Shown: piece after piece, positions 1-9,860 of the stretch
How positions within the stretch are numbered: the stretch's first letter is position 1
Layout: each line of letters begins with the position of its first letter
Assembly (NCBI GenBank): GCA_002269645.1
Contig: NIVC01000085.1
Span: forward strand, 992,001-1,056,000
Reading direction: 5' to 3'
Source of the DNA: Macrostomum lignano
Lineage: Eukaryota
Length of the DNA: 64,000 bases
Notes under the pieces: model-generated
Database searches by the model: none
The model's input: the letters and a program-made list of their open reading frames with translations, nothing else
What the model was told of the DNA's origin: nothing
Position numbers and translations under genes: made by a program

Positions 1-260
1 ATCGGCCTTCGGAGCGCTTCAGAGTAAATGCATTTCTAATCTGCTTGTCGCATTTATTGCTCTCCGGTTGCCTTGGAAACGAATTTTTTCTCTCCATTTT
101 GTTTAAATCTCTGCTTGCCTTGATTAGAGATTGGCTGTGCGAATAAAATTCAATTTAGAGACAGAAGATGGTGATGGAAAGGTGCAGAGCCGTTTCGTTG
201 TGCAGATGAGGAGCTGCACAAGTTTCACAACGTTCGCAAGCGAGTGCACTAGATGCCAAG

Positions 261-1849
261 ATGCGCCCGATTCCCTCGACCGACGAGAATCTGAAAAAGC
301 GGGTTGAGCAAACTATGAAGCTCCCCCTCTTCAGACCCGTCCCTCCGGGCGTTGAACCACACATGGGCCACCCCCTGGAGGCCCCTTTCTCTGTCACGGA
401 CACCCTCTGGCAGCTGGACCACCTAAAAGTGGACAGTGCTCCGGGCCTGGACAAAGTTCCGAACTGCGTCCTTAAGCATGGCCTAGAGCCCATTGCGGTT
501 ACCCGCATCACCAAACTTTTCAATGATTGCTATCGCACGGGGATCTTCCCATTGCAGTGGAAAAAAGCAGTGGTGACGATGATTCCCAAACTGGACAAAC
601 CTCCTGAATCCCCAGGTTCCTATCGGCCCATCAGCCTAACTTCCTGCCTCGGAAAGGTATTCGAGAAGCTATTGGTGAGGAGGCTGATGAAACATCTTGA
701 GGGCCAGGGTATCCTCGGTGCGGATCAGTGTGCATACCGGAAGGTACATTCAACCTACTACAATCTTGTCCGCCTCGTGCAAGACGTCCAGGTGGGCAAG
801 GCTAAACTCTAAAGATTGTTGGCCATACTCCTTGATGTTCAAGCGGCGTTCGACTCGGTATGGTATGAATTCCTGCGGTTTAGAATGCATGAATTCGACA
901 CGCCGGATGCCCTCGTCAGGATTTGCTCTGACTATCTAGCAGACAGGCAAATGCAGGTGAAGGTAAACGGGGCGCTCAGCCAGCCGTACGAGCTGCAGGC
1001 GGGTGTTCCCCAAGGTGGCATCTTCCTGTTCCTGCTCTTTATCAGCACCATGCCTCGGCCGCAACAGCCAAACCTTAAACGCAGCCAATTCGCCGACGAT
1101 ATGGCCATCTGGGCCTCGGCGGACACTTTTGCTGGCCTCAAGACGCTCCTGCAACCCTACCTCGACCGAGTGTGGAACTGGTGTGGGGGCAGGGGATTAA
1201 GATCAATGCCAGCAAGAGTCAGGTGATCGCATTCAATTATAAGCCAACTAGTAGGCTCGACCTTCGCCCCAAGCTGAAACTTGGTGGCACGAGCCTTGAA
1301 TACCAGGACGAAGTCCGGATCCTTGATGTGAACCTGGACTACAGGCTGACCCTAAACTCACATATTGAAAGAGTAGTCAGCCACGGCCGAGCGCTTGCTC
1401 TGTCAATTAACCGCATTGCTAAGCTGACCCGACTGAGTAGCACTACCCTAAAAATGCTTTATAGAGCTTATGTTGAGAGTGCGCTGACATACGGTGCCCC
1501 GGTCCTGAACAACATAGTACCCAGCAACCTCAACAAGCTCCAGAAAATCCAAAATTTAGCTCTTAGGATCTGCTTCGGTGCCCCTAGTTACACCCAAGTG
1601 TACTACCTGCATGAGCTGGTGGCCATGCCCATGATGGCGGACAGGATCCGAGCCCTGGGTGTAGGCTGGCTCTCCAAAATAAAGGCTGCTGGGCACCACG
1701 ACTTCCATATTGAGCCGAAGCTCCCTAGAGCTGCCCGTAATCGCCCCCCCCCAGTTCTGAACCTGCTTTGGGACAGCCTAAAGAGGAGGCACTCCAACAG
1801 ACAAACAGCTGCAAATTCGGCGGCCCGTGCGGCCCATAACCCGCCCTAA
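261..1849 (+). mobile_element. Decayed, 5'-truncated non-LTR retrotransposon (I/Jockey-like) ORF2 reverse transcriptase fragment
   Basis: RT motifs in order across three ORF pieces: SAPGLD, YRPISLTSCLGKVFEKLL, LLDVQAAFDSVW, AGVPQG, QFADD, INASKSQ, LQKIQNLALRICFGAPSYT. Lesions: in-frame TAA at 810-812, damaged QG motif region, frameshift near 1200. Confidence 0.92.
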
Positions 1850-1889
1850 ATTTCAAAAACCTGAAATCATTGCTTCTCTTCTTCACATC

Positions 1890-2868
1890 CATCTGCACCT
1901 AAACATGTATCTGATTCTATGGCTGTGCTGCATCCAACTCAACCTCCATCTGCACCTGCACCTGTATCTAACTACGAGTATATGGTTGGGCTGCTTCCAA
2001 CTCAGCCTCCATCTGCACCTGCACCTGCACCTGTATCTGATTCTATGGCTGGGCTGCATCCAACTCAACCTCCATCTGCACCTGCACCTGTATCTGACTC
2101 AATGGCTGGGCTGCATCCAACTCAACCTCCATCTGCACCTGCACCTGTATCTGACTCTATGGCTGGGCTGCATCCAACTCAACCTCCATCTGCATCTGCA
2201 CCTGTATCTAACTCTATGGCTGGGCTGCATCCAACTCAACCTCCATCTGCACCTGCACCTGTATCTGACTCTATGGCTGGGCTGCTTCCAACTCAACCTC
2301 CATCTGCACCTGCACCTGTATCTGACTCTATGGCTGGGCTGCATCCAACTCAACCTCCATCTGCACCTGCACCTGTATCTGACTCTATGGCTGGGCTGCA
2401 TCCAACTCAGCCTCCATCTGCACCTGCACCTGTATCTGACTCTATGGCTGGGCTGCATCCAACTCAACCTCCATCTGCACCTGCACCTGTATCTGACTCT
2501 ATGGCTGGGCTGCATCCAACTCAGCCTCCATCTGCACCTGCACCTGTATCTGACTCTATGGCTGGGCTGCATCCAACTCAACCTCCATCTGCACCTGCAC
2601 CTGTATCTGACTCTATGGCTGGGCTGCATCCAACTCAACCTCCATCTGCACCTGCACCTGTATCTGACTCTATGGCTGGGCTGCATCCAACTCAACCTCC
2701 ATCTGCACCTGCACCTGTATCTGACTCTATGGCTGGGCTGCATCCAACTCAACCTCCATCTGCACCTGCACCTGTATCTAACTCTATGGCTGGGCTGCAT
2801 CCAACTCAACCTCCATCTGCACCTGCACCTGTATCTGACTCTATGGTTGGGCTGCATTCAACTCAGCC
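1890..2868. repeat. 57-bp minisatellite, ~17 copies
   Basis: Unit CTGTATCTGACTCTATGGCTGGGCTGCATCCAACTCAACCTCCATCTGCACCTGCAC; it produces the 19-aa repeats in ORFs 1827..2933 and 1919..2944. Confidence 0.95.
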
Positions 2869-3089
2869 AATGCGAAAGCCTCTCCCCCCCCCTGAACTCC
2901 GCTACTCTCGACAGGGCAGTGCGGACCCCCTAACAACAGGCTAGTTCAGTGCTTTCCGGTTACACTTCATCAGAGGCTGCATCATCCCCACTCTAAACAG
3001 TGCGAGTGAGTTATGTTGTCAAGGAGAGGCATTTAGGTACAGTAGATCGCTTTAACAGACACAGAAAAAATAATCTACTAAGGTTTAAT

Positions 3090-3430
3090 CAGTTGCGACG
3101 CGTTTCTATCAACTCAGATCAGTCTCACGCGATGTGAAGTTAAAGTTTTATTGGAAACACGGGTTATAAACGAAGTGGATTACGTAATGGGTGAATTAAA
3201 ACAGTTGTACTAAAAGTTTTCAAGTACATTAGAACAGTATCAATTAAACAAACAATTGTCAGCAAAGTCAACGATACAAATCGGAATGCGAGAGTGCAGG
3301 TGCACCCCCTCTCTAAAATACTCGGAGTAAATGACGGCCCACAACTATGCACACTTTGAGTGCTGAGCTTTGGATTGAACTTCTTAATGTACATGGCTTC
3401 CACAATGTTCAGTTTGTGCTCAGAACTGCG
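3090..3430 (-). mobile_element. Penelope-like element 3' remnant (GIY-YIG endonuclease C-terminus plus degenerate hammerhead tail)
   Basis: Minus frame reads KLNIVEAMYIKKFNPKLSTQ, matching the typical PLE endonuclease end (xxExxxIKxxxPxLNxQ). It is followed ~270 nt downstream by GAAACGCGTCGCA (3106..3094). Confidence 0.6.
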
Positions 3431-3694
3431 TTTGTCTTAAGCGTCTTAAATGTCTTACATGTCTTAACGTCTTAAATGGTTAAGAGGCATTTAGAGAATC
3501 CTATGAAAGAAGGAGCGGTCTGCTCCGCGTACTTTTTGACCAAAGCTCAATTTCGATCTACAAATCGAAACCTACAATTGTTTCGTGATCACGGCTCAAA
3601 TTCACCAGAGACCGATGGGACTGAACACAATAGAGAGAATCAAGATAATCGGTATGCTCGTAGTCAGCGAAACCGCAGTAGACTCGGCCAGGAG

Positions 3695-3845
3695 AAACGA
3701 GGAGAGGACTGGATAAGAGAGGAGAGAAGAGGAGAGGAGAGAAGAGGAAACGAGAGGAGAGGAGAGGAGAGAAGAGGAAACGAGAGGAGAGGAGAGGAGA
3801 GGAGAGGAGAGGAGAGGAGAGAAGAGGAGAGAAGAGGAAAGGAGA
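3695..3845. repeat. (GAGAG)n purine-rich repeat
   Basis: Direct reading of the sequence. Confidence 0.9.
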
Positions 3846-4744
3846 GTAATTCCGTCCTATCAGCCTCCAGCCTCCTACTGATGCAGAAGATTTGTGGCGA
3901 AATCGGATGGGGCAAAAGGAAGGAAGAGGGGGAAGGGGCTTCGCGTCCCGCTCCCCTGGTGGCCCCTTGGCTGATGATCGGCTCCAGCAAATTGCAATAA
4001 CTTGGGGGATCTGCAGCAGCTTCCTTGTATCCGGGATGGCTGGCTGAAGTTCGCACTGGATTGTTCACTCAGAAACTGAATGCCGGATGAGACTGCATTG
4101 GCGTTTGTTTAACGCTGCGAATGTCTTCGATTCTACTGACAGTAGCAGACAATGCAAACTGATTTTCTATCCATGTTTTATTGTTTGGGCAGAACATGAT
4201 TTTATAAAACTAGTACGAGCTAACAGTAGCGAGTTGAAAACATACTGAGTGCAGCGCTAAACATTTGAGTCAATGAAATTTGAATAGCAATAAGAGAGTT
4301 CAGGAGAGAGGAGAGGGAGACACTGGGAGCGTTCGTCAGTCACTGATTGTTCAGGAGGGTTTTCCAGGTTCATGCCGACAACTGCTACCTTTACATTTGG
4401 CTTGAATATTTCATTAAACAGCATTGGCAATTGGGTATTGAAGTCCGCAGAACAAAATCGCAGAGAAAAGCCCGCATCAAAGCAGACAAGCAGTTTGAAC
4501 GGAAAAGCAACTTAGCATGCAGTACAAATTGAATTGCAGCACATATGTGTAAAACTGCAGTTCATAGCAGGAGTTGAGATGTAAAGGTGATTCCAGGTGT
4601 TTTCAGGCGAAATCCAGAGAAGCCTCAACAATTAAGCATGCATCAGAATAAACAGTTTGAACAACTCCAAAGTAAATTGTGTCATTATCGAACACCGAAC
4701 CAGACAGTCACTCTGACTCAGCCTTCCTGTTCCGACTTTAAGAC

Positions 4745-6189
4745 TCAATTTTGAGGACTCTGGCGGGCTTCATCAAGTCTCTTCAGCTTCTGCCTGACCC
4801 AACCGATCTTCTCCTCGTCCTGTGTCTCCATGGCGACGCGTCTCTCTTTCCCGATCATCTCCATCTGCTGCAGGCTGAGCTTCACGTGCTCATGGAAGTC
4901 GCTATAGTGAGCCAGAGTGAGCAGCTCCTCCAAGTCCGGGTCTCCAAGCAGCTCTTCAATCCAAAGACCGAATGCGATTGCAGGTGCGCGATTGCGGAGC
5001 AGCTCAGCTTGGAGACTCCAGCTCAGGCAGCGGAAGTTCACGTACAGGTGGGAGGAGAGAGGCTGCGACAGTCTGGCAGTGAACAGAGTCTGTGTGAACT
5101 CGGGAAGGAATGGAAAGCGAGGCGGAGAGTCGCAGGGGAGGCAGAACCTCCACGCCCAGTCTGAGTCTGATGGCAATTCAGTAGACCTAAATTGATCTGT
5201 TTCAATATTCTGTGGCTTCAACCCTGAATCAACCTGATACTCAACCTGATGTCTCTGCAGCTCCATCGCGAGTCTTTCAGCCTCCTCAGATTCTCCGAAC
5301 TTCAAATGCGCCATGGCGGTCATGCACAGGGCGGCGCACTTGCACCACTGCAGATGATGCAGGAGACTGAGCTGCCTCATCAGGGTGTCTCTGTCGCTCG
5401 ATTCCGACTGCAGCTCGCTCACACACTGGTGCACCACACTGTAAACGTCTGCAAACTTGTAGTACATTTTTGGAGAATACATTCCTTTCCTGATCTCCGT
5501 GACAGCAGGCGGCGCTGTCAGAGGCAGCAGAGTGAACGGGTGAAAGTAGAACTTCTCTGACTGCAGAGGTCTCACGAGTCTCCTCAGCTGCTCGGCCACT
5601 CCGCCGACGTCGCTTCTCAGCTCACAAAGTCGGTCTCGAACCCTCGCCTTTGTGTTGTCGAAGTCGCCGCCGATTCCAGCGTTCTTGAAGTAGAGCGGAG
5701 CGTCGGGCATGAAGAAGTGCGGCATGCACTCATCGGGCGAGCTGCTCGAGTCGATGAAGCTCAGCATCCTGTCGAGAGACTCCTTAAGCAGAGCGATCAG
5801 ATTGTGGGGCTGCCAAGCGTCAGTTTCAGGATCTGTGCCATGCTTCTCCAGCATAAAGAAGAGCAGAGTCTTTGCATGGTAGGTCTTGAGTCCAGGTGTG
5901 TCCAGAGTGAGCGGCAAGTGTCTCTTGAAGATGAACTTGATGAGTGTAAACAGCTGGCCCTGGACTGTGCTCAGCCGTCTCATGATGTATTTTTCTTGGA
6001 AGCTGAAGCTCACTCTGAGCTCGTTGGTCGAGCTCGGTCTGGTCGCCCGAACGAGGTGAACATCAGCACCGAATGGAAGCAGTTTTCTAATTCTGTCCTC
6101 ACAGAAACTGCTGCAGCACTGGATCGCATGGCACGTGTCCTGTGCAGGCCGCACACCGCACGCCGTGGCTGTCACTGCAGGTTGGCTGC
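4745..6189 (-). CDS. Ankyrin-cGLR (Mab-21/cGAS-like) gene, exon 5 (terminal): Mab-21 core and helical C-terminal tail
   Basis: Acceptor ctctgcag|GC at 6190/6189, phase 1 matching exon 4. Mab-21 motifs QDTCHAI, VHLVRA, LRVSFSFQEKYIM, LKTYHAKTLLFFM, CMPHFFMPDAPLY. Stop TGA at 4747-4745. Confidence 0.88.
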
Positions 6190-6760
6190 CTGCAGAGCGC
6201 AGTGAGCGGAAAATGGCTTTGTGGGGAGTGAAAAACATGGGTTGGTTTGAAACTGCAGTTTTTCGCTTGGCTGGTTGGGAATTTCAAGTTATATCATTAA
6301 GAAAAAAATATGAAAATTATTTAAGATATCGTTCGATTGAGGCCGTGTCATTTGATTGTCGACAAGTTATTATCAGGACTCAGTGCCCCGCAGCAAGGCA
6401 CCAATCAGGCAGTCAGGGCGGCTTCGGTTTATTTTGTTTGAAATTTTTCCAAGTGAGAGCAGCAGCACCTCAGCAGAGCCATGCTGCCTACCGTGGGTCA
6501 CCCAAGCACCGCTGCACCCACTCTGCTGCAATCAAAGCAGTGAATTCAAAACCCAATGGCCCGCCTCAGCCAGTCGGCATCAGAGTTTTCTTTTCAATTT
6601 CGCCTGTCGCTTGTTTCAGCACCCAAGCCGACATTCGCAGTCACGGAAGCTGCTGAAGGCCGGGCGCCACTCGGTTGCGAATTTAAAATTGAGCAAAGTT
6701 AATGGGCTTCCAGTTGCATGCGGATCTCAGCATTCTGATGATGAACCCAGCCTCACTCAC

Positions 6761-7125
6761 CTGCTCCCGCTGTCACCTGTGCGTGGCCCTCCATGACCTG
6801 CAGCCGAGTGGCGGCTCTGCATGAGTCTTTCTTTGTTTTGCAGCCACCTTCCAGATGGAAGTTTTGCTCAGCAACCAGCACAGTCCAGTCAATGTCCGAG
6901 TCTGCAGCTGTCCTGCCGTTCACTTGCACCAGACTGTTGGCCCAGCCCTCTGCGTAGCTGCCCGTCATCTGCCTGCGATCCTGTGTGAGGACTCGAGCGA
7001 CTACTTGCAGCCAGTCAGCCAGACTCTGCTGACACTTTGCTCTCTGCTCGGTGAATCCCGCATCGCTGAGCAGTCGATGAAGCTCCTCGCTCAGGCGCCT
7101 GTCTTGCTGGGAGTCGTCTGAGAGC
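6761..7125 (-). CDS. Ankyrin-cGLR gene, exon 4: nucleotidyltransferase catalytic motif
   Basis: Acceptor cattccag|G at 7126/7125; donor GCAG|gtgagt at 6761/6760; 365 nt, phase 2 to phase 1. Encodes TGSYAEGWANSLVQVNGRTAADSDIDWTVLV (GS...DxD). Confidence 0.85.
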
Positions 7126-7355
7126 CTGGAATGATGCGAGATGCGTGTGGGTGACTTGTTCAGAGTTGGATGGACAAAACAAGCAGGAGAGGTGAGAGTG
7201 CAGCTGCTGCAGCACTCAGACTGGCATCTCAAGCAGGAGAGCTGAGAGTCCAACCCAATCTCAACTCTCCTGAGTTTCGCTGCAATTTCTGCCCCAAGCT
7301 GCCAGCCTGTCGGAAGGCGCAATGCGGCAGTGAAAGCTGAACCGGTCAGACTCAC

Positions 7356-7409
7356 CGATGGAGGCCAAAATCCAAGCGGTGAGCGGCTGCCTGCCGGGCC
7401 TCTGGGCTT
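7356..7409 (-). CDS. Ankyrin-cGLR gene, exon 3 (54-nt linker exon)
   Basis: Acceptor cattgcag|A and donor CATCG|gtgagt; symmetrical phase 2-2; reads (G)SPEARQAAAHRLDFGLH(R) and keeps the ankyrin and NTase frames continuous. Confidence 0.65.
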
Positions 7410-7619
7410 CTGCAATGCGGGAAGGAAAGACAAGGTTTTCAGCAGTTGAGTCTGAGATTCTGATGCGGCACAAATCACTTCATTGAGTCGGAAACTCCAA
7501 TTTTTTTCACGCGTAGAGCCGAGGAGGCACAGCTTCATCAAAATACCGGCGCTTTTTCAGTTAAGAAATTCAAATAGCGGAGAGAAGGGCGGGCAGAAGC
7601 AGATGACCGACAGAAAGCA

Positions 7620-8006
7620 GGCAATGAGCCAGAGAGAGCCGTTCGCTCCTGGCAATGAGCCAGAGAGAGCCGTTTGCCCCTGGCAATGAGCCAGAGAGAG
7701 CCGTTCGCCCCTGGCAATGAGCCAGAGAGAGCCGTTCTCCCCTGGCAATGAGCCAGAGAGAGCCGTTCGCCCCTGGCAATGAGCCAGAGAGAGCCGTTCG
7801 CCCCTGGCAATGAGCCAGAGAGAGCCGTTCGCCCCTGGCAATGAGCCAGAGAGAGCCGTTCGCCCCTGGCAATGAGCCAGAGAGAGCCGTTCTCCCTGGC
7901 AATGAGTCAGAGAGAGCCGTTCGCCCCTGGCAATGAGCCAGAGAGAGCCGTTCGCCCCTCGCAATGAGCCAGAGAGAGCCGTTCGCCCCTGGCAATGAGC
8001 CAGAGA
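7620..8006. repeat. 31-bp minisatellite, ~12 copies, in intron 2 of the ankyrin-cGLR gene
   Basis: Unit GGCAATGAGCCAGAGAGAGCCGTTCGCCCCT. Confidence 0.95.
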
Positions 8007-8396
8007 AGCCACAAATTTAGCGCGGAACGGCCGGAAGGAGAAGCAAAAGACGGCAATGCAGACTCGTGAAAAATATCTTACAGCCCTGACTGCCCGGTAT
8101 AAAAAAGTGCAAATCGCGAGTATGCTCGCTAATGGAAACGATTGGACAATAAAGTGAAAAACTGGAAACTGTGATTATTTTGTTTTTTACTCAAGCATTA
8201 CATGCAAACAAAATATTTTTTCACATGAGCCCGCTTCACTCCTTCATTTTTTGCCGTTCCGCGCTGTGGGTCACTAAAATTATCGCTTGTCTCATCCGAA
8301 AATGTAAAATTCAAAAAATCTTTCTGTGTCTTTTCTGTCTTCTGCGGTAGAGAAGCACTCTTAACAGATAATAGTAAGACAAAACTCAATACCACC

Positions 8397-8434
8397 TGCG
8401 ACGCGTTTCGGCTAAAACTAGCCATCTTCAGGCA
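8397..8434 (-). ncRNA. Minimal type I hammerhead ribozyme motif (left-arm copy; sense in the cGLR pre-mRNA)
   Basis: Reverse complement reads UGC-CUGAAGA-U-GGCUA-GUUU-UAGCC-GAAA-CGCG-UC^GCA. Confidence 0.7.
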
Positions 8435-8976
8435 CTATCGAACAGAATTTATTTCAACCTATTAAATACTGTGTAGACGACAAAATCACGTATTGAAAAG
8501 ATATAAAAGGACTAAAGGATCAATGTACAGTATAGCAATGTTCATAATATTTTTTGTGGAATGACAGGACAGAGAAAAAGAGAGAGAGAGAGAGAGAGAG
8601 AGAATGAGGCGTATGCGCCCCAAATGTACTCTAGCTTAAAACACCAATAGCTGTTCACTCGCACCTCCTCCAGATAGTTGGACATTGTTGGACATAGTTG
8701 GATAGTTGAGACAAACCCACTCTCAATGTCCAACTATCTGGAGGAGGTGCGAGTGAACAGCTATTGGTGTTTTAAGCTAGAGTACATTTGGGGCGCATAC
8801 GCCTCATTCTCTCTCTCTCTCTCTCTCTCTCTTTTTCTCTGTCCTGTCATTCCACAAAAAATATTATGAACATTGCTATACTGTACATTGATCCTTTAGT
8901 CCTTTTATATCTTTTCAATACGTGATTTTGTCGTCTACACAGTATTTAATAGGTTGAAATAAATTCTGTTCGATAG

Positions 8977-9014
8977 TGCCTGAAGATGGCTAGTTTTAGC
9001 CGAAACGCGTCGCA
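8977..9014 (+). ncRNA. Minimal type I hammerhead ribozyme motif (right-arm copy)
   Basis: CTGAAGA core at 8980-8986; stem II GGCTA/TAGCC with GTTT loop; GAAA at 9002-9005; palindromic CGCG in place of stem III; GUC triplet; 3-bp stem I TGC/GCA. Confidence 0.7.
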
Positions 9015-9241
9015 AATAATATTGAGTTTTGTCTTACTATTTTCTGTCTTCTCTTTCTCTTCCTTTCTTTCTTCTTAAATTTTTCCCTTGTCCCCATGTT
9101 CGCCTCTTCTCCAAAAACCAAGCAGGCTTACATTTTATAACTGAAAAATTCTAACAAGATTTTTCTGATAAAGTTGCAGAAATGTTTCACTAAAGCACGA
9201 TGCAGTACTGAAAGGATTCGCGCAATTCTCGCCTCACTCAC

Positions 9242-9798
9242 CCCGCTCGACTGGCATCCAGCAGCCGCAGCACCTGCCGCTGCTCAAATCGCTCTGCCAC
9301 CTGCGCACACGTGAGACCCTGACCGTCTCGATGACTCGCATCCGCTCCTCTGTCCATCAGAGCCTTGACTGCTCGCACGTGACCGGCTTCGCACGCTCGT
9401 GACAGAGCAGTCCGACCCTGACTGTCTTCAGCACGCACTGACGCACCGAGATCGATGAGTTTCTCAATGAGCTCGTGATGACCTGCATCAGCTGCCAGCA
9501 TGAGAGCAGTGGCTCCAGTGCTGTCTGGCAGATCGACATGCTGTGTGCTGACTCGCTCATCATTGATCAGTGTGGCAGCAAGAGCGACGTGTCTTTGAGA
9601 TATGGAGAGACGGAGCAGCTGTGTGATGTGAGCTGGCTGCATTCGAGAGAGGGTGTCGGTGAGAGCAGAGTTCCTGCCTTCGATGGCCATTGCTGCAGTG
9701 AAGCTGAGGATGGTGCTTGATTGGAAGAGCCAGTCGGGCTCGAGGCCGAAGGAGGCAACGGCATAATCTTGAAGACGAGAGCAAGCCGCGACTGCGCA
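9242..9798 (-). CDS. Ankyrin-cGLR gene, exon 2: 3-4 ankyrin repeats
   Basis: Repeats DSTGATALMLAADAGHHELIEKLIDLGA, DSQGRTALSRACEAGHVRAVKALMDRGAD, DGQGLTCAQVA. Acceptor tgtatttccag|TGC at 9799/9798. Donor GCGGG|gtgagt at 9242/9241 overlaps the apparent TGA stop of ORF 9238..9987. Confidence 0.8.
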
Positions 9799-9860
9799 CT
9801 GGAAATACAGATTCGCTTTCTGATCCGGACTGATTTCTGATCCGGCAGATGAGCTTTCAC

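Larger units (their letters stand above)
8371..9040. mobile_element. Long inverted repeat (317-bp arms, 36-bp spacer), probably an inverted pseudo-LTR of a Penelope-like element
   Basis: Arms 8371-8687 and 8724-9040 are reverse complements; I found only 4 mismatches by manual comparison. Each arm carries a hammerhead motif near its outer end, and a weak SYWCFKL match recalls PLE endonuclease ends. The inverted repeat itself is certain; the PLE assignment is inferred. Confidence 0.75.

Noticed and set aside
2941-2980. Hammerhead-like CTGATGA-AGTG...CACT-GAAC on the minus strand
   Set aside because: The conserved GAAA is GAAC and stems I and III are unconvincing.
7126-7541. N-terminal half of ORF 6753..7541
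   Set aside because: Intronic read-through; the true exon starts at the acceptor at 7125, and exon 3 uses a different frame.
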